64,000 nucleotides of DNA. Origin: Eledone cirrhosa (taxonomy: Eukaryota). The position numbers and the translations under genes were made by a program. A model generated the notes under the pieces. The model saw only the letters and a program-made list of their open reading frames with translations, had not been told where the DNA came from and did not search any database. The stretch is from positions 163,308,001 to 163,372,000 of the forward strand of contig OZ024742.1 in NCBI GenBank assembly GCA_964016885.1, written 5' to 3'. This document shows positions 42,052 through 57,000 of the stretch, one piece after another. Every line of letters begins with the position of its first letter. The stretch's first letter is position 1.

Positions 42052-45000
42052 TTGGACGGCTGGAAATTATCTGCCCTTGATTTTGTTTTTACAAATTATC
42101 TCCCCCTGATTTTTTTTACAAATCTACCAGTGATTTTTTTTTAAAAATTATCTCCCCTTCGCTGGCTGGAAATTATCTCCCCTTGGACGCTGGAAATTAT
42201 CTCTCTTTGGACGGCTGGAAATTATCTCTCTTTGGACGGCTGGAAATTATCTCCCCTTGATTTTTTTTACAAATTATCTCCCCCTGATTTTTTTTACAAA
42301 TCTACCAGTGATTTTTTTTTTTAAATTATCTCCCCTTCGCTGGCTGGAAATTATCTCCCCTTGGACGCTGGAAATTATAGCCCCTTGGAGGGCTGGAAAT
42401 TATCTTCCCTTGGAGGGATGGAAATTATCTTCCCTTGGACGGCTGGAAATTATCTCCCCTTGATTTTTTTTACAAATTATCTCCCCCTGATTTTTTTTTA
42501 CAAATTATCTCCCCCTGATTTTTTTTACAAATTATCTCCCCCTGTTTTTTTTTACAAATTATTTCCCCCTGATTTTTTTACAAATTATCTCCCCCTGATT
42601 TTTTTTACAAATTATCTCCGCCTGATTTTTTTAAATATTATCTTCCCTTGGCTGGCGGGAAATTATCTCCCCTTGGACGCCTGGAAATTATCTCCCCTTG
42701 GACGGCTGGAAATTATCTCCCCTTGATTTGTTTTACAAATTATCTCCCCCTGATTTTTTTTTACAAATTATCTCCCCCTGATTTTTTTTTTACAAATTAT
42801 CTTCGCCTGATTTTTTTTTTAAATTATCTTCCCTTGGACGGCTGGAAATTATCTCCCCTTGGACGGCTGGAAATTATCTCCCCTTGGACGGCTAGAAATT
42901 ACCTCTCCTTGGACGGCTGAAAATTATCTCCCCTTGGACGGCTGGAAATTATCTCCCCTTGGACGGCTGGAAATTATCTCCCCTTGAACGGCTAGAAATT
43001 ACCTCTCCTTGGACGGCTGAAAATTATCTCCCCTTCGCTGGCTGGAAATTATCTCCCCTTGGACGCTGGAAATTATAGCCCCTTGGAGGGCTGGAAATTA
43101 TCTTCCCTTAGACGGCTGTAAATTATATCCCCTTGATTTTTTTTACAAATTATCTCCCCCTGATTTTTTTTTACAAATTATCTCCCCCTGATTTTTTTTT
43201 TACAAGTTATCTCCGCCTGATTTTTTTTTAAAATTATCTCCCCTTGGACGGCTGGAAATTATCTCCCCTTGGACGGCTAGAAATTACCTGTCCTTGGACG
43301 GCTGGAAATTATCTCCCATTGAACGGCTGGAAATTATCTCCCTTTGGACGGCTGGAAATTATCTCCCCTTGGACGGCTGGAAATTATCTCCCCTTGGACG
43401 GCTAGAAATTACCTCTCCTTGGACGGCTGGAAATTATCTCCTCTTGGACGGCTGGAAAATATTTCCCCTTGATTTTTTTTACAAATTATCTCTCCCTGAT
43501 TTTTTTTACAAATCTCCCCCTAATTTAAAAAAAAATTATCTCCCCTTCGCTGGCTGGAAATTATCTCCCTTTGGACGGCTGGAAATTATAGCCGCTTGTA
43601 GGGCTGGAAATTATCTCCCCTTGGACGGCTGGAAATTTTCTCCCCTTTATTTTTTTTACTAATTATCTCCCCCGATTTTTTTTTACAAATTATCTCCCCT
43701 TGGCTGGATGGAAATTTTCTCCCCTTGGACGGCTGGAAATTATCTCCCCTTGATGTCTTCTACAAATTATCTACCCCTGATTTTATTTTCACAAATATCT
43801 CCCCTTGGCTGGCTGGAAATTATCTCCCCTTGGCTGGCTGGAAATTATCTCCCCTTGGACGGCTGGAAATTATCTCCCCTTGATGTCTTCTACAAATTAT
43901 CTACCCCTGATTTTATTTTCACAAATATCTCCCCTTGGCTGGCTGGAAATTATCTCCCCTTGGCTGGCTGGAAATTATCTCCCTTGGACGGCTGGAAATT
44001 ATCTCCGCTTGGACGGCTGGAAATTATCTCCCCTTGGAGGCTGGAATTTATCTCCCCTTGGACGGCTAGAAATTACCTCTCCTTGGACGGCTGGAAATTA
44101 TGTCTCCTTGGACGGCTGGAAATTATCTGCCCTTGGACGGCTGGAAATTATCTCCCCTTGGACGGCTGGAAATTATTTCCCCTTGATTTTTTTTACAAAT
44201 TATCTCCCCCTGATTTTTTGTACAAATCTCCCCCTAATTTAAAAAAAAATTATCTCCCCTTCGCTGGCTGGAAATTATCTTCCTTTGGACGGCTGGAAAT
44301 TATAGCCGCTTGTAGGGCTGGAAATTATCTCACCTTGGACGGCTGGAAATTATCTCCCCTTGATTTCTTCTACAAATTATCTACCCCTGATTTTTTTTTT
44401 ACAAATTATCTCTCCCTGATTTTTTTTTACAAATATCTCCCCTTGGCTGGCTGGAAATTATCTCCCCTTGGCTGGCTGGAAATTATCTCCCCCTGATATT
44501 TTTTTACAAATTAGCTCCACCTGATTTTTTTTTTACAAATTATCTCCCCCTGATTTTTTTTACAAATTGTCTCCCCCTGATTTTTTTTACAAATTATCTC
44601 CCCTGATTTAAAAAAAAAAATTATCTCCCCTTGGACGGCTGGAAATTATCTCCCCTTGGACGGCTGGAAATTATCTCCCCTTGGACGGCTGGAAATTATC
44701 TCCCCTTGATTTTTTTTTACAAATTATCTACCCCTGATCTTTTTACAAATTATCTCCCCCTGATTTTTGTTTACAAATTATCTCCCCCTGATTTTTTTTT
44801 TTACAAATTATCTCCGCCTGATTTTTTTAAAATTGTCTCCCCTTGGCTGGATGGAAATTATCTCCCCTTGGACGGCTGGAAATTATCTCCCCTTGCACGG
44901 CTGGAAATTATCTCCCCTTGGACGGCTAGAAATTACCTCTCCTTGGACGGCTGCAAATTATCTCCCCTTGGACGGCTGGAAATTATCTCCCCCTGATTTT

Positions 45001-48000
45001 TTTTACAAATTATCTCCCCTTGGACGGCTGGAAATTATCTCCCCTTGCACGGCTGGAAATTATCTGCCCTTGGACGGCTGGAAATTATCTGCCCTTGCTT
45101 TTGTTTTTACAAATTATCTCCCCCTGATTTTTTTACAAATTATCTCCACCTGATATTTTAAAAAATTATCTCCCCTTGGACGGCTGGAAATTATCTCCCC
45201 TTGGCTGGAAATTATCTCCCCTTGGACGGCTAGAAATTATCTCTCTTTGGACGGCTGGAAATTATCTCCCCTTGATTCTTTTTACAAATTATCTCCCCCT
45301 GATTTTTTTTACAAATCTCCCAGTGATTTTTTAAAAAAATTATCTCCCCTTCGCTGGCTGGAAATTATCTCCCCTTGGACGCTGGAAATTATAGCCCCTT
45401 GGAGGGCTGGAAATTATCTCCCCTTGGACGGCTGGAAATTATCTCCCCTTGATTTTTTTTACTAATTATCTCCCCCTGATTTTTTTTTACAAATTATCTC
45501 CGCCTGATTTTTTTTTAAAAATTATCTCCCCTTGGCTGGATGGAAATTTTCTCCCCTTGGACGGCTGGAAATTATCTCCCCTTGATGTCTTCTACAAATT
45601 ATCTCTCCCTGATTTTTTTTACAAATATCTCCCCTTGGCTGGCTGGAAATTATCTCCCCTTGGACGGCTGGAAATTATCTCCCCTTGGACGCCTAGAAAT
45701 TACCTCTCCTTGGACAGCTGTAAATTATGTCCCCTTGGACGGCTGGAAATTATCTCGCCTTGGACGGCTGGAAATTATCTCCCCTTGATTTTGTATACAA
45801 ATTATCTCCCCCTGATTTTTTTTTACAAATTATCTGCCCCTGATTTTTTTTTTACAAATTATCTCCGCCTGATTTTTTTTTTAAATTATCACCCCTTGGA
45901 CGGCTGGAAATTATCTCCCCTTGGACGGCTGGAAATTATCTCCCCTTGGACGGCTAGAAATTACCTCGCCTTGGACGGCTGAAAATTATCTCCCCTTGGA
46001 CGGCTGGAAATTATCTCCTCTTGATTTTTTTTACAAATTATCTCCCCCTGATTTTTTTTTACAAATTATCTCCCCCTGATTTTTTTTATAAATTATCTAC
46101 CCCTGATTTTTTTTTACAAATTATCTCCCCTTGATTTTTTTTACAAATTATCTCCCCCTGATATTTTTTTTACAAATTATCTCCCCCTGATTTTTTTACA
46201 AATTATCTCCCCCTGATTTTTTTTACAAATTATCTCCGCCTGATTTTCTTAAATATCTTTCCTTGGCTGGCGGGGAATTATCTCCCCTTGGACGGCTGGA
46301 AATTATCTCCCCTTGGAAGGATGGAAATTATCTCCCCTTGGACGGCTCGAAATTATCTCCCCTTGCACTGCTGGAAATTATCTCCCCTTGGACGGCTGGA
46401 AATTATCTGCCCTTGATTTTGTTTTTACAAATTATCTTCCCCTGATTTTTTTTACAAATTATCTCCACCTGATATTTTTAAAAATTATCTCCCCTTGGAC
46501 GGCTGGAAATTATCTCCCCTTGGCTGGAAATTATCTCCCTTGGACGGCTAGAAGTTATCTCTCTTTGGACGGCTGGAAATTATCTCCCCTTGATTTTTTT
46601 TACAAATTATCTCCCCCTGATTTTTTTTTACAAATCTCCCAGTGATTTAAAAAAAAAATTATCTCCCCTTCGCTGGCTGGAAATTATCTCCCCTTGGACG
46701 CTGGAAATTATAGCCCCTTAGAGGGCGGGAAATTATCTTCCCTTGGACGGCTGGAAATTATCTCCCCTTGATTATTTTTACAAATTATCTCCCCCTGATT
46801 TTTTTTACAAATTATCTCCCCCTGATTTTTTTTACAAATTATCTCCCCCTGATTTTTTTTTACAAGTTATCTCCGCCTGATTTTTTTAAAAAAATTATCT
46901 CCCCTTGGACGGCTGGAAATTATCTCCCCTTGGACGGCTGGAAATTATCTCCCCTTGGACGGCTAGAAATTACCTCTCCTTGGACGGCTGAAAATTATCT
47001 CCCCTTGGACGGCTGGAAATTATCTCCCCTTGATTTTTTTACAAATTATCTCCCCCTGATATTTTTTTACAAATTATCTCCCCCTGATTTTTTTTTACAA
47101 ATTATCTCCCCCTGATTTTTTTTTACAAATTATCGCCCCCTGATTTTTTTTTACAAATTATCTTCCCCTGATTTTTTTTTTACAAATTATCTCCCCCTGA
47201 TTTTTTTACAAATTATCTCCCCCTGATTTTTTTTACAATCTCCGCCTGATTTTTTTAAAAATTATCTTCCCTTGGCTGGCGGGAAATTATCTCCCCTTGG
47301 ACGGCTGGAAATTATCTCCCCTTGGACGGCTGGAAATTATCTCCCCTTGGACGGCTAGAAATTACCTCTCCTTGGACGGCTGAAAATTATCTCCCCTTGG
47401 ACGGCTGCAAATTATCTCCCCTTGATTTTTTTTACAAATTATCTCCCCCTGATTTTTTTTTACAAATTATCTCCCCCTGATTTTTTTTTACAAATTATCT
47501 ACCCCTGATTTTTTTTACAAATTATCTCCCCCTGATTTTTTTTTACAAATTATCTAACCCTAATTTTTTTTTACAAATTATCTCCCCCTGATTTTTTTTT
47601 TACAAATTATCTCCCCCTGATTTTTTTACAAATTATCTCCCCCTGATTTTTTTTACAATCTCCGCCTGAGTTTTTTAAAAATTATCTTCCCTTGGCTGGC
47701 GGGAAATTATCTCCCCTTGGACGGCTGGAAATTATCTCCCCTTGGAAGGATGGAAATTATCTCCCCTTGGATGGCTGGAAATTATCTCCCCTTGCACGGC
47801 TGGAAATTATCTCCCCTTGGCTGGAAATTATCTCCCCTTGGACGGCTGAAAATTATCTCCCCTTGGACGGCTGGAAATTATCTCCCCTTGATTTTTTTTA
47901 CAAATTATCTCCCCCTGATTTTTTTTACAAATTATCTCCCCCTGATTTTTTTACAAATTATCTCCCCCTGATTTTTTTACAAATTATCTCCCCTTGGCTG

Positions 48001-51000
48001 GCTGGAAATTATCTCCCATTGGAGGCTGTAATTTATCTCCCCTTGGACGGCTAGAAATTACCTCTCCTTGGACGGCTGGAAAATATGTCTCCTTGGACGG
48101 CTGGATATTATCTGCCCTTGGACGGCTGGAAATTATCTCCCTTGGACGGCTGGAAATTATCTCCCCTTGGACGGCTAGATATTACCTCCCCTTGGACGGC
48201 TGGAAATTATCTCCCCTTGATTTTTTTTACAAATTATCTCCCCCTGATTTTTTTACAAATTATCTCCCCCTGATTTTTTTTACAATCTCCGCCTGATTTT
48301 TTAAAAAATTATCTTCCTTGGCTGGCGGGAAATTATCTCGCCTTGGACGGCTGGAAATTATCTCCCCTTGGAAGGATGGAAATTATCTCCCCTTGGACGG
48401 CTGGAAATTAACTCCCCTTGGCTCGAAATTATCTCCCCTTGGACGGCTAGAAATTATCTCTCTTTGGACGGCTGGAAATTATCTCCCTTTGATTTTTTTT
48501 ACAAATTATCTCCCCCTGATTTTTTTTACAAATCTCCCCCTGATTTTTAAAAAAAAATTATCTCCCCTTCGCTGGCTGGAAATTATCTCCCCTTGGACAC
48601 TGGAAATTATAGCCCCTTGGACGGCTGGAAATTATCTCTCCTTGATTTTTTTTACAAATTATCTCCCCCTGATTTTTTTTTACAAATTATCTCCCCCTGA
48701 TTTTTTTTTACAAATTATCTCCCCCTGATTTTTTTTACAAATTATCTCCGCATGATTTTTTTAAAAAAATTATCTCCCCTTGGACGGCTGGAAATTATCT
48801 CCCCTTGGACGGCTGGAAATTATCTCCCCTTGGACGACTAGAAATTACCTCTCCTTGGACGACTGAAAATTATCTCCACTTGATTTTTTTTACAAATTAT
48901 CTCCGCCTGATTTTTTTTTTAAATTATCTCCCCTTGGACGGCTGGAAATTATCTCCCCTTGGACGGCTGGAAATTATCTCCCCTTGGACGGCTAGAAATT
49001 ACCTCTCCTTGGACGGCTGAAAATTATCTCCCCTTGATTTTTTTTACAAATTATCTCCCCCTGTTTTTTTTTTACAAATTATCTCCCCCTGATTTTTTTT
49101 TACAAATTATCTCCGCCTGATTTTTTTTTAAATTATCTCTCCTTGGACGGCTGGAAATTATCTTCCCTTGAGTTTTTTTACAAATTATCTCCCCCTGATT
49201 TTTTTTTACAAATTATCTCCCCCTGATTTTTTTTTACAAATTATCTAGCCCTGATTTTTTTTTACAAATTATCTCCCCCTGATTTTTTTACAAATTATCT
49301 CCCCCTGATTTTTTTTTTACAAATTATCTCCCCTTGATTTTTTTACAAATTATCTCCCCCTGATTTTTTTTACAAATTATCTCCCCCTGATTTTTTTACA
49401 AATTATCTCCCCTTGGCTGGCTGGAAATTATCTCCCCTTGGACGGCTGAAAATTATCTCCCCTTGGACGGCTGGAAATTATCTCCCCTTGATTTTTTTAC
49501 AAATTATCTCCCCCTGATTTTTTTTTACAAATTATCTCCCCCTGATTTTTTTTTACAAATTATCTCCCCCTGATTTTTTTTTACAAATTATCTCCCCCTG
49601 ATTTTTTTTACAAATTATCCCCCCCTGATTTTTTTACAAATTATCTCCCCTTGGCTGGCTGGAAATTATCTCCCCTTGGAGGCTGGAATTTATCTCCCCT
49701 TGGACGGCTAGAAATTACCTCTCCTTGGACGGCTGGAAAATATGTCTACTTGGACGGCTGGATATTATCTCCCCTTGGACGGCTGGAAATTATCTCCCCT
49801 TGGACGGCTAGATATTACCTCCCCTTGGACGGCTGGAAATTATCTCCCCTTGATTTTTTTTACAAATTATCTCCCCCTGATTTTTTTTACAAATCTCCCA
49901 ATGATTTTTTAAAAAAAATTATCTACCCTTCGCTGGCTGGAAATTATCTCCCCTTGGACGCTGGAAATTATCTCCCCTTGATTTTTTTTACAAATTATCT
50001 CCGCCTGATTTTTCTTTTAAAATTATCTCCCCTTGGACGGCTGGAAATTATCTCCCCTTGGACGGCTGGAAATTATCTCCCCTTGGACGGCTAGAAATTA
50101 CCTCTCCTTGGACGGCTGAAAATTATCTCCCCTTGGACGGCTAGAAATTATCTCCCCTTGATTTTTTTACAAACTATCTCCCCCTGATTTTTTTTTACAA
50201 ATTATCTCCGCCTGATTTTTTTTTTAAATTATCTCTCCTTGGACGGCTGGAAATTATCTCCCCTTGATTTTTTTTACAAATTATCTCCCCCTGATTTTTT
50301 TTACAAATTATCTCCCCCTGATTTTTTTTTTACAAATTATCTACCCCTGATTTTTTTTTACAAATTATCTCCCGCTGATTTTTTTTACAAATTATCTCCC
50401 CCTGATTTTTTTTTTACAAATTATCTCCCCCTGATTTTTTTACAAATCATCTCCCCTTGGCTGGCTGGAAATTATCTCCCCTTGGAGGCTGGAATTTATC
50501 TCCCCTTGGACGGCTAGAAATTACCTCTCCTTGGAAGGCTGGAAAATATGTCTCCTTGGACGGCTGGATATTATCTAGCCTTGGACGGCTGGAAATTGTC
50601 TCCCCTTGGACGGCTGGAAATTATCTCCCCTTCGACGGCTAGATATTACCTCCCCTTGGACGGCTGGAAATTATCTCCCCTTGATTTTTTTTACAAATTA
50701 TCTCCCCCTGATTTTTTTTTACAAATTATCTCCCCCTGATTTTTTTTTACAAATTATCTCCCCCTGATTTTTTTTTTACAAATTATCTCCCCCCTGATTT
50801 TTTTACAATCTCCGCCTGATTTTTTTAAAAATTATCTTCCCTTGGCTGGCGGGAAATTATCTCCCCTTGGACGGCTGGAAATTATATCCCCTTGGAAGGA
50901 TGGAAATTATCTCCCCTTGGACGGCTGGAAATTATCTCCCCTTGGACGGCTGGAAATTATCTCCCCTTGGACAGCTGGAAATTATCTGCCCTTGATTTTG

Positions 51001-54000
51001 TTTTTACAAATTATCTCCCCCTGATTTTTTTTACAAATTATCTCCACCTGATTTTTTAAAAAATTATCTCCCCTTGGACGGCAGTAAATTATCTCTCCTT
51101 GGCTGGAAATTATCTCCCCTTGGACGGCTAGAAATTATCTCTATTTGGACGGCTGGAAATTATCTCCCTTTGATTTTTTTTACAAATTATCTCCCCCTGA
51201 TTTTTTAAAAAAATTATCTCTCCTTGGACGGCTGGAAATTATCTCCCCTTGATTTTTTTTACAAATTATCTCCCCCTGATTTTTTTTTACAAATTATCTC
51301 CCCCTGATTTTTTTTTACAAATTATCTACCCCTGATTTTTTTTTACAAATTATCTCCCCCTGATTTTTTTTACAAATTATCTCCCCCTGATTTTTTTACA
51401 AATTATCTCCCCCTGATTTTTTTACAAATTATCTCCCCCTGATTTTTTTTACAAATTATCTCCGCCTAATTTTTTAAAATATTATCTTCCCTTGGCTGGC
51501 GGGAAATTATCTCCCCTTGGACGGCTGAATATTATCTCCCCTTGGACGGCTGGAAATTATCTCCCCTTGATTTTTTTTACAAATTATCTCCCCCTGATTA
51601 TTTTTTACAAATTATCTCCCCCTGATTTTTTTTTACAAATTATCTCCCCCTGATTTTTTTTACAAATTATCTCCCCCTGATTTTTTTACAAATTATCTCC
51701 CCTTGGCTGGCTGGAAATTATCTCCCCTTGGAGGCTGGAATTTATCTCCCCTTGGACGGCTGGAAATTATCTCTCCTTGGACGGCTAGAAATTACCTCTC
51801 CTTGGACGGCTGGAAAATATGTCTCCTTGGACGGCTGGAAATTATCTCCCCTTCGACGGCTGGAAATTATCTCCCCTTGGACGGCTGGAAATTATCTCTC
51901 CTTGGACGGCTAGAAATTACCTCTCCTTGGACGGCTGAAAATTATCTCCCCTTGGAGGGCTGGAAATTATCTCCCCTTGATTTTTTTTACAAATTATCTC
52001 CCCCTGATTATTTTTTACAAATTATCTCCCACTGATTTTTTTTTACAAATTATCTCCCCCTGATTTTTTTACAAATTATCTCCCCCTGATTTTTTTTACA
52101 AATTATCTCCGCCTAATTTTTTTAAATATTATCTTCCCTTGGCTGGCGGGAAATTATCTCCCCTTGGACGGCTGAAATTTATCTCCCCTTGGACGGCTGG
52201 AAATTATCTCCCCTTGATTTTTTTTACAAATTATCTCCCCCTGATTATTTTTTACAAATTATCTCCCCTTGATTTTTTTTTACAAATTATCTCCCCCTGA
52301 TTTTTTTTACAAATTATCTCCCCCTGATTTTTTTACAAATTATCTCCCCTTGGCTGGCTGGAAATTATCTCCCCTTGGAGGCTGGAATTTATCTCCCCTT
52401 GGACGGCTGGAAATTATCTCTCCTTGGACGGCTAGAAATTACCTCTCCTTGGACGGCTGGAAAATATGTCTCCTTGGACGGCTGGAAATTATCTCCCCTT
52501 GGACGGCTGGAAATTATCTCCCCTTGGACGGCTGGAAATTATCTCTCCTTGGACGGCTAGAAATTACCTCTCCTTTCACGGCTGAAAATTATCTCCCCTT
52601 GGACGGCTGGAAATTATCTCCCCTTGATTTTTGTTACAAATTATCTCCCCCTGATTTTTTTTTACAAATTATCTCCCCGATTTTTTTTTACAAATTATCT
52701 CCCCCTGATATTTTTTTACAAATTATCTCCCCCTGATATTTTTTACAAATTATCTCCCCCTGATTTTTTTACAAATTATCTCCCCTTGGCTGGCTGGAAA
52801 TTATCTCCCCTTGGACGGCTGGAAATTATCTCCCCTTGGACGGCTGGAAATTATCTCCCCTTGGACGGCTAGATATTACCTCCCCTTGGACGGCTGGAAA
52901 TTATCTCCCCTTGATTTTTTTTACAAATTATCTCCTCCTGATTTTTTTTTACAAATTATCTCCCCCTGATTTTTTTTTACAAATTATCTCCCCCTGATTT
53001 TTTTTTTACAAATTATCTCCCCCCTGATTTTTTTACAATCTCCGCCTGATTTTTTTAAAAATTATCTTCCCTTGGCTGGCGGGAAATTATCTCCCCTTGG
53101 ACGGCTGGAAATTATCTGCCCTTGATTTTGTTTTTACAAATTATCTCCCCCTGATTTTTTTTACAAATTATCTCCACCTGATTTTTTAAAAAATTATCTC
53201 CCCTTGGACGGCAGTAAATTATCTCTCCTTGGCTGGAAATTATCTCCCCTTGGACGGCTAGAAATTATCTCTATTTGGACGGCTGGAAATTATCTCCCTT
53301 TGATTTTTTTTACAAATTATCTCCCCCTGATTTTTTAAAAAAATTATCTCTCCTTGGACGGCTGGAAATTATCTCCCCTTGATTTTTTTTACAAATTATC
53401 TCCCCCTGATTTTCTTTTACAAATTATCTCCCCCTGATTTTTTTTTACAAATTATCTACCCCTGATTTTTTTTTACAAATTATCTCCCCCTGATTTTTTT
53501 TACAAATTATCTCCCCCTGATTTTTTTACAAATTATCTCCCCCTGATTTTTTTACAAATTATCTCCCCCTGATTTTTTTTACAAATTATCTCCCCCTGAT
53601 TTTTTTACAAATTATCTCCCCTTGGCTGGCTGGAAATTATCTCCCCTTGGAGGCTGGAATTTATCTCCCCTTGGACGGCTGGAAATTATCTCTCCTTGGA
53701 CGGCTAGAAATTACCTCTCCTTGGACGGCTGGAAAATATGTCTCCTTGGACGGCTGGAAATTATCTCCCCTTGGACGTCTGGAAATTATCTCTCCTTGGA
53801 CGGCTAGAAATTACCTCTCCTTGGACGGCTGAAAATTATCTCCCCTTGGACGGCTGGAAATTATCTCCCCTTGATTTTTGTTACAAATTATCTCCCCCTG
53901 ATTTTTTTTTACAAATTATCTCCCCGATTTTTTTTTACAAATTATCTCCCCCTGATATTTTTTTACAAATTATCTCCCCCTGATATTTTTTACAAATTAT

Positions 54001-57000
54001 CTCCCCCTGATTTTTTTACAAATTATCTCCCCTTGGCTGGCTGGAAATTATCTCCCCTTGGACGGCTGGAAATTATCTCCCCTTGGACGGCTAGATATTA
54101 CCTCCCCTTGGACGGCTGGAAATTATCTCCCCTTGATTTTTTTTACAAATTATCTCCCCCTATTTTTTTTTACAAATTATCTCCCCCTGATTTTTTTTTA
54201 CGAATTATCTCCCCCTGATTTTTTTTTACAAACAATCTCCGCCTGATTTTTTTTTTAAAATGATCTCCCCTTGGACGGCTGGAAATTATCTCCCCTTGGA
54301 CGGCTGGAAATTATCTCCCCTTGGACGGCTAGAAATTACCTCTCCTTGGACGGCTGAAAATTATCTCCCCTTGGACGGCTGCAAATTATCTCCCCCTGAT
54401 TTTTTTTACAAATTATCTCCCCCTGATTTTTTTTACAAATTATCTCCCCCTGATTTTTTTTTACAAATTATCTCCCCTTGGACGGCTGGAAATTATCTCC
54501 CCTTGATTTTTTTACAAATTATCTCCCCCTGATTTTTTTTACAAATTATCTCCCCCTGATTTTTTTTTTACAAATTATCTCCCCCTGATTTTTTTACAAA
54601 TTATCTCCCCCTGATTTTTTTTACAAATTATCTCCGCCTGATTTTTTTAAATATATTCCCTTGGCTGGCGGGAAATTATCTCCCCTTGGACGGCTGAAAA
54701 TTATCTCCCCTTGGACGGCTGGAAATTATCTCCCCTTGATTTTTTTTACAAATTATCTCCCCCTGATTTTTTATAACAAATTATCTCCCCCTGATTTTTT
54801 TTTACAAATTATCTCCCCATGATTTTTTTTTACAAATTATCTCCCCCTGATTTTTTTTTACAAACTATCTCCGCCTGATTTTTTTTAAAAAATGATCTCC
54901 CCTTGGACGGCTAGAAATTACCTCTCCTTAGACGGCTGAAAATTATCTCCCCTTGGACGGCTGCAAATTATCTCCCCTTGATTTTTTTAACAAATTATCT
55001 CCCCCTGATTTTTTTTACAAATTATCTACGCCTAATTTTTTTTACAAATTATCTCCCCCTGATTTTTTTTTACAAATTATCTCCCCCTGATTTTTTTTTA
55101 CAAATTATCTCCCCCTGATTTTTTTTTTACAAATTATCTCCCCCCTGATTTTTTTTACAATCTCCGCCTGATTTTTTTAAAAATTATCTTCCCTTGGCTG
55201 GCGGGAAATTATCTCCCCTTGGACGGCTGGAAATTATATCCCCTTGGAAGGATGGAAATTATCTCCCCTTGGACGGCTGGAAATTATCTCCCCTTGGACG
55301 GCTGGAAATTATCTCCCCTTGGACAGCTGGAAATTATCTGCCCTTGATTTTGTTTTTACAAATTATCTCCCCCTGATTTTTTTTACAAATTATCTCCACC
55401 TGATTTTTTAAAAAATTATCTCCCCTTGGACGGCAGTAAATTATCTCTCCTTGGCTGGAAATTATCTCCCCTTGGACGGCTAGAAATTATCTCTATTTGG
55501 ACGGCTGGAAATTATCTCCCTTTGATTTTTTTTACAAATTATCTCCCCCTGATTTTTTTAAAAAATTATCTCTCCTTGGACGGCTGGAAATTATCTCCCC
55601 TTGATTTTTTTTACAAATTATCTCCCCCTGATTTTTTTTTACAAATTATCTCCCCCTGATTTTTTTTTACAAATTATCTACCCCTGATTTTTTTTTACAA
55701 ATTATCTCCCCCTGATTTTTTTACAAATTATCTCCCCCTGATTTTTTTTACAAATTATCTCCGCCTAATTTTTTTAAATATCATCTCTCCTCGGACGGCT
55801 AGAAATTACCTCTCCTTGGACGGCTGAAAATTATCTCCCCTTGGACGGCTGGAAATTATCTCCCCTTGATTTTTTTTACAAATTATCTCCCCCTGATTTT
55901 ATTTTACAAATTATCTCCCCCTGATTTTTTTTTACAAATTATCTCCCCCTGATATTTTTTACAAATTATCTCCCCCTGATTTTTTTTACAAATTATCTCC
56001 CCTTGGCAGGCTGGAAATTATCTCCCCTTGGAGGCTGGAATTTATCTCCCCTTGGACGGCTAGAAATTACCTCGGCTTGGACGGCTGGAAAATATGTCTC
56101 CTTGGACGGCTGGAAATTATCTCCCCTTGGACGGCTGGAAATTATCTCCCCTTGGACGGCTGGAAATTATCTCCCCTTGGACGGCTAGATATTACCTCCC
56201 CTTGGACGGCTGGAAATTATCTCCCCTTGATTTTTTTTTACAAATTATCTCCCCCTGATTTTTTTTACAAATTATCTCCCCCTGATTTTTTTTTACGAAT
56301 TATCTCCCCCTGATTTTTTTTACAAATTATCTCCGCCTGATTTTTTTTAAAAAATTATCTCCCCTTGGACGGCTGGAAATTATCTCCCCTTGGACGGCTG
56401 GAAATTATCTCCCCTTGGACGGCTAGAAATTACCTCTCCTTGGACGGCTGAAAATTATCTCCCCTTGGACGGCTGCAAATTATCTCCCTTTGATTTTTTT
56501 AACAAATTATCTCCCCCTGATTTTTTTTTACAAATTATCTCCCCCTGATTTTTTTTTACAAATTATCTCCGCCTAATTTTTTTTACAAATTATCTCCCCC
56601 TGATTTTTTTTCACAAATTATCTCCCCCTGATTTTTTTTACAAATTATCTCCCCCTGATTTTTTTACAAATTATCTCCCCCCTGATTTTTATTACAATCT
56701 CCGCCTGATTTTTAAAAAAATTATCTTCCCTTGGCTGGCGGGAAATTATCTCCCCTTGGACGGCTGGAAATTATATCCCCTTGGAAGGATGGAAATTATC
56801 TCCCCTTGGACGGCTGGAAATTATCTCCCCTTGGACGGCTGGAAATTATCTCCCCTTGGACAGCTGGAAATTATCTGCCCTTGATTTTGTTTTTACAAAT
56901 TATCTCCCCCTGATTTTTTTTACAAATTATCTCCACCTGATTTTTTAAAAAATTATCTCCCCTTGGACGGCTGGAAATTATCTCCCCTTGGCTCGAAATT

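Noticed and set aside
41900-42200. Common origin of the two satellites through similar GGAATTT and GGAAATT motifs
   Set aside because: The similarity is 6-7 AT-rich bases, and no intermediate monomers occur at the junction.
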